Made by a program: the position numbers and the translations under genes
Shown: piece by piece, positions 55,896-64,000 of the stretch
Layout of the letters: each line of letters begins with the position of its first letter
Position numbering within the stretch: position 1 is the first letter of the stretch
From: an uncultured Acidobacteriota bacterium
GTDB taxonomy: Bacteria > Acidobacteriota > UBA6911 > RPQK01 > JAPXNP01
Direction: 5' to 3'
Length of the DNA: 64,000 bases
Assembly: GCA_963777605.1 (NCBI GenBank)
Contig: CAVZRV010000035.1
Coordinates: 224,001 to 288,000, forward strand
Notes under the pieces: generated by a model
Told to the model about the DNA's origin: nothing
What the model saw: the letters and a program-made list of their open reading frames with translations, nothing else
Databases searched by the model: none

Positions 55896-58442
55896 ATGAA
55901 ACAGGGAAGTTCGACGCACCACATCCCGACGGGTTCTCCCGGGAGGAATCGGACCTCTGGAATCGTCCTGACAGCATTCCTGCTTTGCCTTTCCCTTGCC
56001 CAGGGAGCTCCGGAAATCACTTCGATCAGTCACCCGACCAGCGTATCGAAGTTTGGGCGATTCGAAGCCACCTTTCAGGTCGGCTCCACCGTAGCCGACA
56101 ATCTCCAGTGGCCCTACGACTCGGCCCCTCCCAACGGCCTTCCCTCTGCATCGGGGATCTCGGTCGACGGCCTCTTCAGCCCGGACAACTGGGCGACCAT
56201 CTACGTCCAGCCTTCCTTCCTGTCCGAATCCTTTGTAGACGAAGTCCGCGACGGGAAGCCCTGGTACTACCCGACCGGTCAGTACAGCTGGAAAGTCCGC
56301 TTTGCGCCCAACCGCCCGGGAACCTGGGCGTTTCGATTGAGAGCCCACGACGCGGGGGGCACCGTCGAGTCCGCACCACGAACATTTGAGGTTGCGGAGG
56401 CTTCGTCCCCGGGCTTCATCCGAGTGAGCCCGACCGATCCCCGCTATTTCGAATTCGACGATGGGACTCCCTTCCTCGGCCTCGGTTACCAGGCCGCCGC
56501 CGACCTGACCGAAGCAGACTTTCAGAAAATGGCCGCCAACGGGATCCAGTTCCTGCGCATGTGGTGGACGCCCGAATCGATTTTCGGATCGCAGTGGAAC
56601 CCCTATTACGAAATCCGGAATCAGTACCTGGGCTACGTTCCACGCCCCGGTGTCCTTCCTTTTGAGGATGAAGTCGAGGGGAAAACCTCGATCAAGATGC
56701 GCCTCGATTACAAAGCGGACGGCAACACCAGCTGGTTCGATGCCTGCCGGGTGATCGGCTATTGGGGAACTCCAACGGAGGTCAAGCCGAACACCACCTA
56801 CCGGGTGGAGGTCCGCTACCGGGGATTTGGGGTCTCCGGGCCGAGAGACACGGGGCACCAAAACTATGGTCTGGTCGTCAAGACCGACGTCGCCTGGCAG
56901 AACTACTCCCGGGCATTCGACGCCGGAACCGGTTCCGCCGTCACCGGCTATGGCGGGAATACCCCCTCCTCTTGGGGGACAATCACCGGAGAATGGTTTT
57001 CGGGAACGAACAACTTTCTCCCCAAGTTCTTTCTGACCCTGGAAAACGTCCTCGCGGGCCAGGTCTACATCGACACCATTTCCATCCGCGAAAACCTGGG
57101 AGGCGGGCATTTTGGGCCTGAAATCCTCCACAAGCCGTCGATGGAGCATCAGAACTACTTTCAGCAGCACAACTCTCATCACCTCGACCGCCTGGTTGAG
57201 ATGGCCGAACGCAACGGGGTCTACCTGAAGGTGGTCATCCTCGAAAAGAGCGAGGTCATCTCCAAGAAGATCGATTTCGACGGGAACTTCGCCCAGGACA
57301 ACGACGCCTTCTTCTTCGGGCGCGGACGGGAGGTCGGCAAGGTACGCTGGCTTCAACAGGCATGGTGGCGCTACCTTCAGGCCCGTTGGGGGTACTCGAC
57401 TTCGATCCACTCCTGGGAACTGCTCAATGAAGGGGACCCCTACAGCGATCAGCATTACATTCTGGCGGATGAATTCGGCAAGTACATGCATTGCCGGGTC
57501 TTTGGTCGAGCGGTTGGAACCGGCGACAGCGCGAAGTGCACTTATGACCACCCCAACGGTCACCTGGTGACCACCTCTTTCTGGCACTCCCTGCCCGCCC
57601 AGCAGGTCTGGGAGAATCCGCGCTATCCCAACATCGATTACGTGGACGTTCATGCTTACGTCAGTACCGGGTGGATTCGGGACGCCGCCCTGGAGTCCGA
57701 TGCAGCCGGCTACCACCTGGCCTACAGCAGTGCGTCGCGCATTCTGGTCGATTCGGCCGCTTCATCTGCCCACCTCGCGGGCAAACCGATTGTCCGTGGT
57801 GAAGCAGGACTCGATTTGCTCTCGGAGCAGAAGGAAAACCCCGCCCTGTCACAAGACCGGCAGGGTATCTGGCTTCACAACTTCCTCTGGTCATCGCTCG
57901 ACCCGGGAGCCCTCTACGAGTTGTACTGGTGGTCGGAGAATCGGGAGAACCAGCCTGGTCCCGACGGGGTCAAGGGTTTGCACGAGATTTACCGCGGCGT
58001 CGCCGCCTTCCTCTCCGGCCTTCATCTCAACAACGGTCGCTACCAGGACCTTTCCGCCACCACGAACAACCCGGGGTTCCGGGTTGTCGGCCAGAAGGCT
58101 CCCGGCGATGGACTGGCTCATCTCTGGGTTCAAAATCGGTCGCACACCTGGAAGAACGTCGTTTCCGGGGCTCCCATCCCGGCAGCGTCAGGAACGGTCT
58201 CCATCGGTGGATTTGCCGCCGGATCGTCCTTCAAACTGGAACGGTGGGACCCGTACAGCATCGCCAACCCGGCCGTTCCCATTTCAGAGACCGTTGTCAC
58301 GAGCGATGGAGAAGGCCGGCTTTCCATTCAAATACAGAACCTGACAACTGATGCGGCGTTCAAACTCGTGCCCACTGAGAACTCGGGCGGTCCTTCCGAA
58401 CCGGAGCGCCCCCGCAACCTCCGCGTCGTCCAGGACAACTGA
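55896..58442 (+). CDS. Secreted DUF5060-like plus clan GH-A-like glycoside hydrolase
   Basis: WKVRFAPNRPGTW, GFIRVS...YFEFDDGTPF, WELLNE (acid/base) and PIVRGEAG (nucleophile); ends PERPRNLRVVQDN. Confidence 0.75.
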   Translation: MKQGSSTHHIPTGSPGRNRTSGIVLTAFLLCLSLAQGAPEITSISHPTSVSKFGRFEATFQVGSTVADNLQWPYDSAPPNGLPSASGISVDGLFSPDNWATIYVQPSFLSESFVDEVRDGKPWYYPTGQYSWKVRFAPNRPGTWAFRLRAHDAGGTVESAPRTFEVAEASSPGFIRVSPTDPRYFEFDDGTPFLGLGYQAAADLTEADFQKMAANGIQFLRMWWTPESIFGSQWNPYYEIRNQYLGYVPRPGVLPFEDEVEGKTSIKMRLDYKADGNTSWFDACRVIGYWGTPTEVKPNTTYRVEVRYRGFGVSGPRDTGHQNYGLVVKTDVAWQNYSRAFDAGTGSAVTGYGGNTPSSWGTITGEWFSGTNNFLPKFFLTLENVLAGQVYIDTISIRENLGGGHFGPEILHKPSMEHQNYFQQHNSHHLDRLVEMAERNGVYLKVVILEKSEVISKKIDFDGNFAQDNDAFFFGRGREVGKVRWLQQAWWRYLQARWGYSTSIHSWELLNEGDPYSDQHYILADEFGKYMHCRVFGRAVGTGDSAKCTYDHPNGHLVTTSFWHSLPAQQVWENPRYPNIDYVDVHAYVSTGWIRDAALESDAAGYHLAYSSASRILVDSAASSAHLAGKPIVRGEAGLDLLSEQKENPALSQDRQGIWLHNFLWSSLDPGALYELYWWSENRENQPGPDGVKGLHEIYRGVAAFLSGLHLNNGRYQDLSATTNNPGFRVVGQKAPGDGLAHLWVQNRSHTWKNVVSGAPIPAASGTVSIGGFAAGSSFKLERWDPYSIANPAVPISETVVTSDGEGRLSIQIQNLTTDAAFKLVPTENSGGPSEPERPRNLRVVQDN

Positions 58443-59459
58443 TCAGCCAGCCTTCCTCCCAGACGCGAGTTCGTCAATCACTTCCCGGAATTTCCGCCTC
58501 GATTCCTCGGCATCGAACTGCTCACAGGCAATCGACCGCATTCGCGCCTGCTGCCGGTTCTTCTCTTCCTCGGAGGCAGCGGCGTAGGCCCTCAGCCTGG
58601 CTTTGAGTTCATCGCCGGTCAGGTAGATGCAGTCGCCGGGTACCATTTCCTCGGCCCCATTCCAACCGTGGACGAGAGTGTAGCACCCCGTGGCCATTGC
58701 CTCTATCGGGGCCACCTGGAGCCCTTCCGAATAGCTGTGGGAAATGAACACGTCGATCTTCTCAAGCCAGGAGGGGGTGTCCTCAACATTGCCATAGAAA
58801 GTAACCCGGTCCTGAATGCCCAGGCGCTCTACGATCCTGCGCAGCGCCAGCGAGTAATCCCCGTGAGCAGGATGATCCGCTCCCCCGATGTGGAGATGGA
58901 ACCGGTCCCCGTCCTTCAGCATCTCGGCAAGCACCAGGATCAGGTCGTAGACACGCTTTCTCGGAATCAGCTGGCATAGCACTCCCAGGTTGCCCCGGTA
59001 GGTTCGTTCGGCCTGCCGGAAGCGGTCTAATGACACGGAACTGATAATCACCCGGGTCTTGGAAGCGTATTCGGGAAATCGTGCTGTGAACTCGCGCCTC
59101 ATGGCCTCACTGACCAGAATTACCCGGTCAACCCTGTTCCAGTTGATCCGTTCGACCCACTCGTACATTTCATACCGATGCAACCGGGTCACGATTCGCG
59201 CCTTCTGCGAAAGCTGGGTCGCCGCAGACAGCAACCCGCTCGCCCACTCGAAGAAGACGACGTCGTTGCGGGCAAGGAATCGGTCCATATCCCGATTCAA
59301 CCGATACCGATTGATTCTCGTGTTGAAGATCGCCAACTGGAATGTCTTGCGTTCGAACTGGGTGACCTCATAGTGACGTTGGAAATCCTCAAAGAGATCC
59401 CGGAAGAAACTCCATGTTTCTTCGATCGCCACACCCAGCCGGATTCCAGAGTCGCTCAC
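58443..59459 (-). CDS. Glycosyltransferase family 4
   Basis: PRKR and SYSEGLQVAPIEAMATG (ExxxxxxxE motif). Confidence 0.88.
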   Translation of the reverse strand: MSDSGIRLGVAIEETWSFFRDLFEDFQRHYEVTQFERKTFQLAIFNTRINRYRLNRDMDRFLARNDVVFFEWASGLLSAATQLSQKARIVTRLHRYEMYEWVERINWNRVDRVILVSEAMRREFTARFPEYASKTRVIISSVSLDRFRQAERTYRGNLGVLCQLIPRKRVYDLILVLAEMLKDGDRFHLHIGGADHPAHGDYSLALRRIVERLGIQDRVTFYGNVEDTPSWLEKIDVFISHSYSEGLQVAPIEAMATGCYTLVHGWNGAEEMVPGDCIYLTGDELKARLRAYAAASEEEKNRQQARMRSIACEQFDAEESRRKFREVIDELASGRKAG

Positions 59460-60670
59460 TCGGCGGCTTCTCCCGGAGCAGGCCGTGGGGATTCCCCAAG
59501 CGATTCAAGCGGGGTCGAATCACCGGCAGGTACCCGAAACCGGCAAATCGCCTCAACGACCTCCGCCAGGTCCTTTTCAGTCAGGTCGTTGTAAAAGGGA
59601 ATTCTGACCAGCCGATCACTCACTGACTCGGTCACCGGGCAGTCTCCCGGACGGCCTCCAAACTTGATTCCCATTTCCGAAAGGTGCAGCGGCAAATAGT
59701 GAAACACGCTCAAGATGCCGCGCTCTCGCAGATGTTCAATCAATCCCTGCCGCGCTTCGAGCGACGGAAGCAACAGGTAGAACATGTGGTAGGACTGTTC
59801 GCAGTACCCAGGAACGACCGGCATGCGGACCTGGTTCTCATCCGCCCAATCGCACAGGTGATCCTGGTAGTACTCCCAGATCCACCTGCGCCGGCTTTGG
59901 ATTTCTTCCCGTGCTTCCAGTTGGGCGTAGAGAAAGGCGGCCAGGATGTCGGAGGGAAGAAAACTCGACCCGATATCGACCCAGCTGTACTTGTCCACTT
60001 CTCCCCGAAAGAAACGGCTCCGATTGGTGCCTTTCTCTCGCACGATTTCGGCCCGCTCCAGGTAGCCGGGGTCGTTGATGAGGATGGCGCCGCCTTCTCC
60101 ACAGATGAAATTCTTGGTTTCGTGAAAACTCTGGGCCGCAAACGTGCCGAACGTTCCGAGAAAGCGCCCCCGGTACTTGCCGAACAGGCCATGGGCGTTG
60201 TCTTCGACAACGGGGATTCCGTTTCGGGAGGCCACCTTGCCGATGACGTCCATCTCGCAGCCGACGCCGGCATAGTGAACCGGGACGATCGCCTTCGTGC
60301 GGGGCGTGATCGCAGCTTCCAGGAGCGATTCGTCGAGGTTCAGGGTGTCTTTCCGAACATCAATAAAGACGGGGCGGGCCCCTCGCAGGACGAAGGCATT
60401 GACAGTCGATACGAAGGTGAAGGAGGGGACGATGACTTCGTCTCCCGGTTCGATCTGCAGCAAGAGTGCAGCCATCTCCAGGGCGTCAGTGCAGGAGGTA
60501 GTCAGCAGGACCCCGGGAACGCCCAGGGCCTCCTCCAGCAGGGTATGGCAGCGCCGGGTAAATCCCGCGTCACCGGCGGACCGGCCGCTGAGAATAACCT
60601 GTGAAATATAGAAGAGCTCGCGACCGATCAGGGTCGGCTTGTTGAAGGGAATCTTGATCGCTTCGTTCAT
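59456..60670 (-). CDS. rffA: dTDP-4-amino-4,6-dideoxygalactose transaminase
   Basis: IPFNKP, TTSCTDALEMAA, SFHETKN, EKGTNRSRFFRGEVDKYSW and VFHYLPLH. Confidence 0.93.
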   Translation of the reverse strand: MNEAIKIPFNKPTLIGRELFYISQVILSGRSAGDAGFTRRCHTLLEEALGVPGVLLTTSCTDALEMAALLLQIEPGDEVIVPSFTFVSTVNAFVLRGARPVFIDVRKDTLNLDESLLEAAITPRTKAIVPVHYAGVGCEMDVIGKVASRNGIPVVEDNAHGLFGKYRGRFLGTFGTFAAQSFHETKNFICGEGGAILINDPGYLERAEIVREKGTNRSRFFRGEVDKYSWVDIGSSFLPSDILAAFLYAQLEAREEIQSRRRWIWEYYQDHLCDWADENQVRMPVVPGYCEQSYHMFYLLLPSLEARQGLIEHLRERGILSVFHYLPLHLSEMGIKFGGRPGDCPVTESVSDRLVRIPFYNDLTEKDLAEVVEAICRFRVPAGDSTPLESLGESPRPAPGEAAE

Positions 60671-60696
60671 TTTCAGTCGGATCTCCTCCCGTAAGC

Positions 60697-61368
60697 CTAA
60701 ACGCCGCCCCGGAAATGTCGTTCCACCCAGGCGCCGGCCCCCCTGCTTCTTGCAAGTCTGATCACGTGATTCGGATCATAGGGTCGTTCGATCGGGAGGC
60801 ACTCCCCGGTTCCGGTGTCCATCAGAACAGCGCACGCCACGTTAGGCTTGTGCCGGGACTGGCCGACCGAACCCGGGTTGATCAGGCGAGGGCGTGCCCC
60901 GTCCCTGAGGTACGGACCGCGTCTGCCCGAACGCGATGACGTCGTAGTCGAAGCAATCCAGTTGTTCCAGCTTCGGGCTGTCCGGGTAGAGATAGTGGTG
61001 CAGGGGACTCCATGGACTCCCGTGGACCAGGTTGAAAAACTGCGAGCCAATCTTCCGCTCCAGGCAACCGGCAGGCCCGAGAGCCAGGCGCGGTGATCCG
61101 CATCGATCACCGCATCAGCGAACTCGATTCCGAACCGGACGCTGTCGTTTGCCTCCCCTGGGACTCCGTTGACGAGGAACCAGTCGTGGTTCCCCAGGAT
61201 GCAGTGCGCGTTCCATGCCCGAAGAGTGCTGACCACCTCATTTACCTGGCAGTAATAACCGATGATGTCTCCGAGACAAACGACTCGATCAACTCCGACG
61301 AGGTCTTCCTGGAGCGCATTCAAGGCTTCGAAGTTGGCATGAATGTCACTGATCAGGGCTATCCGCAT
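60697..61368 (-). CDS. Metallophosphoesterase family protein, with internal compensating frameshifts
   Basis: ISDIHAN, LGDIIGY, GNHD and NPGSVGQ. The VHGSPW motif appears in another frame. Confidence 0.8.
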   Translation of the reverse strand: MRIALISDIHANFEALNALQEDLVGVDRVVCLGDIIGYYCQVNEVVSTLRAWNAHCILGNHDWFLVNGVPGEANDSVRFGIEFADAVIDADHRAWLSGLPVAWSGRLARSFSTWSTGVHGVPCTTISTRTARSWNNWIASTTTSSRSGRRGPYLRDGARPRLINPGSVGQSRHKPNVACAVLMDTGTGECLPIERPYDPNHVIRLARSRGAGAWVERHFRGGV

Positions 61369-62243
61369 CGCCGGCCTGCACTCCACAGAATCGAATCACC
61401 CAGTGAGTGGCGAGGGTCGTAACCCAAGTCACGGCGGGCCCGTTCAATCGAGACAGTCCAATCCAGCTCGTCATCCGGATCCGCTGCGCCGGAAAAGCAA
61501 ATCCGGGAAGACGATCCCAGGATCGTAATGACTTCTTCTGCGAGCTCGCGGTTCGAGACGCTTTGTCCCCTGCCGATGTTGTAAATCCCGGAACAATCAC
61601 TTTCAAGAACCGTACTCACGGCAGAGGCAATGTCCCTCAAATCAACGTAGTCCTGTCTCCTGGTGCCAAGCCCGCTCAATTCCAAAGGCTCTCCAGCCAG
61701 TGCCCGCTTGATGAATACCGGAAAGATTCGACTTGATGGCAAGCCCGGGCCAACCGGGGACGTCAGCCTCAGGATCGGCTTCCTGGAAATTCCATCGTCC
61801 ACAAGGCGGCACAGTTGCTCGCCGTAGAGTTTCGAAGCATGATAGGCCGACTCTGGCACCGTGGGATGGTCCTCGGTGATCGGCAGATGCCTGGGAATTC
61901 CAATTACAGGCATGCTGGACAGGTAGACAAAGCAGCCCGCCTTCCACTTCGAGGCAACCTGCAGCAGATGCTGCGTCCCGATGCAATTGACAGTCGTCAA
62001 TTCTTGAGACAATGCTCCTCCGTGCAGTATCGCGGCACCATGAATCACTGCGTCACACTTATCCAAACTCAGAACCTCTTCGAGGCTCTCAGGCGTCCCG
62101 AGGTCGGCGATTACTTCCGCCGCAACTTCGCCGTGCCCACCAGGCTCTCGGCTGACGCCGTAAACGCGGTGTCCCGCCATCGCCAGCGTCCGGCAAACCA
62201 CACGTCCGATCAACCCGGTGTGCCCCGATACCAGTACCTCCAC
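61359..62243 (-). CDS. NAD-dependent epimerase/dehydratase
   Basis: GHTGLIG, YLSS, YHASK and QDYVD. Confidence 0.88.
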   Translation of the reverse strand: MEVLVSGHTGLIGRVVCRTLAMAGHRVYGVSREPGGHGEVAAEVIADLGTPESLEEVLSLDKCDAVIHGAAILHGGALSQELTTVNCIGTQHLLQVASKWKAGCFVYLSSMPVIGIPRHLPITEDHPTVPESAYHASKLYGEQLCRLVDDGISRKPILRLTSPVGPGLPSSRIFPVFIKRALAGEPLELSGLGTRRQDYVDLRDIASAVSTVLESDCSGIYNIGRGQSVSNRELAEEVITILGSSSRICFSGAADPDDELDWTVSIERARRDLGYDPRHSLGDSILWSAGRRCG

Positions 62244-63301
62244 TTGCTCATCCCGAAGTCTTCCACTTGTCCCGCCCGGGAGGGCGTGGGATCGAAGACC
62301 CCGTTTTCGTCCAGTTCGGCGACAGATTCAGGGGAGATGTAGATCTCGTTCCAGTACCTCAGGCAGACTCCACGCGTCAACTTTGGAAGATCTGCGGCCG
62401 GCTCACCCATGATGTAGTGGCGGACAGCCGCCTCCACGTCGTTGAATCCGAAATGTGCCCGCAACGGAGCGGTGCCTGAGAAACGCAGGTTGACCTCGAA
62501 GCAGGCGGAACGCCCCTCAGTCAGTCGGGATTGAACGTTACACGGACCGGCGGGACGCAACGCAGCAGCGATTTTCGTGGCTTGATTCGCGACTTCAGGA
62601 AATTCACCGAGCCGGGCGCGATAAGTGGTTCCGTATTGTAGTTCGCGCCGCATCGTAATCACACCTCGAACCACCCCATCCCGGTCCGAAAACGTCCCCG
62701 TCGTGTATTCTTCCCTAGCATCGCCGACTTGTTCCTGTATCAAGTAAGCGTTCTGCCGAATAACCGCCTCGAGCGCTTCCCGAGTACCCACATCTGCAAT
62801 TCCGTGGGATCCCTTCCCTGACCGAGGCTTGGCGATGAGTGGGAACCCGCACTGTTCCACGAGCCGGTTCACCGCGTCCACATCGTTCGCGTCGGCGTAG
62901 CGAGGCGTGTTCAGGCCGAGGCTCTCGAGCCACCGGCACATAGCCAGCTTGTCCTGACCGACGGCAAGTTTCTCGGGAGGGCTGACAAGGCATACCGCTC
63001 CGGACTCGTGTCGAATCAGATCCGCGTTCTCAGACAGAACCTTCAACACCGGCTCAACCCCAGAAAGTACCCCATCGACCCGTTCCTTGCGGCAGGTCGC
63101 AATCAGCCAGTCCAGGAACTGCCGATCGGCCGCCGGGGGAGAAAGGTAGCCTCGATCCACGGTGTAAAGTCCTGCCGAAAGAGGTGAAATGCAGCCGCCG
63201 ATGACACGTGCACGCAACTTCGAATGGGCCAGGGCCTTGAGAATCCCTTGTCCCACGTTTCCACCGACACCCAATACAAGGAGACAAACGTCTGGCTGCA
63301 T
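62210..63301 (-). CDS. ATP-grasp domain protein (CarB-like)
   Basis: QDKL, FPLIAKPRSGKGSHG, LIQE and FEVNLRFSG. Confidence 0.85.
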   Translation of the reverse strand: MQPDVCLLVLGVGGNVGQGILKALAHSKLRARVIGGCISPLSAGLYTVDRGYLSPPAADRQFLDWLIATCRKERVDGVLSGVEPVLKVLSENADLIRHESGAVCLVSPPEKLAVGQDKLAMCRWLESLGLNTPRYADANDVDAVNRLVEQCGFPLIAKPRSGKGSHGIADVGTREALEAVIRQNAYLIQEQVGDAREEYTTGTFSDRDGVVRGVITMRRELQYGTTYRARLGEFPEVANQATKIAAALRPAGPCNVQSRLTEGRSACFEVNLRFSGTAPLRAHFGFNDVEAAVRHYIMGEPAADLPKLTRGVCLRYWNEIYISPESVAELDENGVFDPTPSRAGQVEDFGMSKWRYWYRGTPG

Positions 63302-64000
63302 GCTGATCGTCGTTTACCTTCCGGCGTCGATGCCTCTTCGAAACGTGCCTGGAATGTCCCTGACCGGTGCCAGCAACATGGAGTAAAACCCCCGATTACC
63401 AAGGAACCGTCGATCGTGAAACACCGCCGCAACGCGATTCTAAGGCACTTGAACTTGCGTTTCTCGGATCGTGCCGCGATCGCCCGGTTGAATTGGTAGC
63501 GTCCCAGGACCCTTGGATCGAAGCCGGGAAGGACTTTGTTGAGTTGTGGGGCCAGATCGCGCAGAGGGGCTTCGGCTGACCCGTCGCCGTGCGCCAAATC
63601 ATGACACCGGAGTTGATGGACCAAATCGGCGAGGATGACCTCACCGGGTTCATAGCCAGGAGGGAGGGCCGGTGGACAGTCGCCATTCATTCCATTCCAC
63701 AGAGCATTCCTGCAAAACGTCGCCAGCAGAATGTGCGCGTTCATCTCCTCCACGGCTCGGGTATCCGGTCGCAGTTGCGGGGGCAACTCCTTGACAATCC
63801 CCAGAAACGGTCCCGTGCCGTCCATGGGTGCTGAAACCAACCCTTTCCGGAAAATCAGTTCGACGATTTGCGGGGGCGACCCCTTGGAGAGCGCCGGAAT
63901 TTCCTTCAAGGCACGGGCCAGCAATCTTCGGCCGGTCTCCAGGTCACCCTGGGCGTAGGCGGTGTACACCCACACCATGTACGTTTCGCTGAAGGCCGAC
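63301..64000 (-). CDS. C-terminal part of an unidentified helical protein, possibly a glycosyltransferase tail (partial, probable frameshift)
   Basis: Open frame entering from the window end (..AYAQGDLETGRRLLARAL..), co-oriented with the sugar operon; no diagnostic motif. Confidence 0.4.

Noticed and set aside
54663-57716. 1017-aa minus-strand ORF
   Set aside because: Antisense shadow of two well-supported plus-strand genes.

Overview
GC-rich bacterial window, possibly Acidobacteriota or a similar diderm lineage (inferred from DUF1844, DUF4388-like and TIGR03790-like genes, a PEP-CTERM gene and heptamer repeats; not verified). 1-24 kb is mostly housekeeping and catabolic genes: ribF (partial), a PhnP-like MBL hydrolase, mazG, an HD protein, acs, HAD phosphatases, two tandem phosphohexomutases with a NahK-like kinase and a GH31, an RpoH-like sigma factor, carbamate kinase, a GNAT, an M1 peptidase and a GH172. 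24.3-26.3 kb is an IS200-type (Y1/HUH) transposase without tnpB, embedded in arrays of GTAG-REP-like hairpins and ~320-bp palindromic composite elements. 26.5-64 kb is a large exopolysaccharide/PEP-CTERM locus. It contains OPX/Wza genes, a beta-barrel, a Wzz/GumC protein, a DUF4388-like/tyrosine-kinase fusion, a TIGR03790-TPR-TonB fusion, a PrsT-like TPR lipoprotein, a sigma54-type PEP-CTERM gene, sugar-nucleotide genes and an ~11-kb, heavily frameshifted NRPS. It also contains two secreted glycan-active proteins that both end in the same short PxxPRNLRV tail. Many genes carry indels, probably long-read assembly errors, so several coordinates are spans of fragments. All product calls come from motif recognition by eye; no database searches were run.
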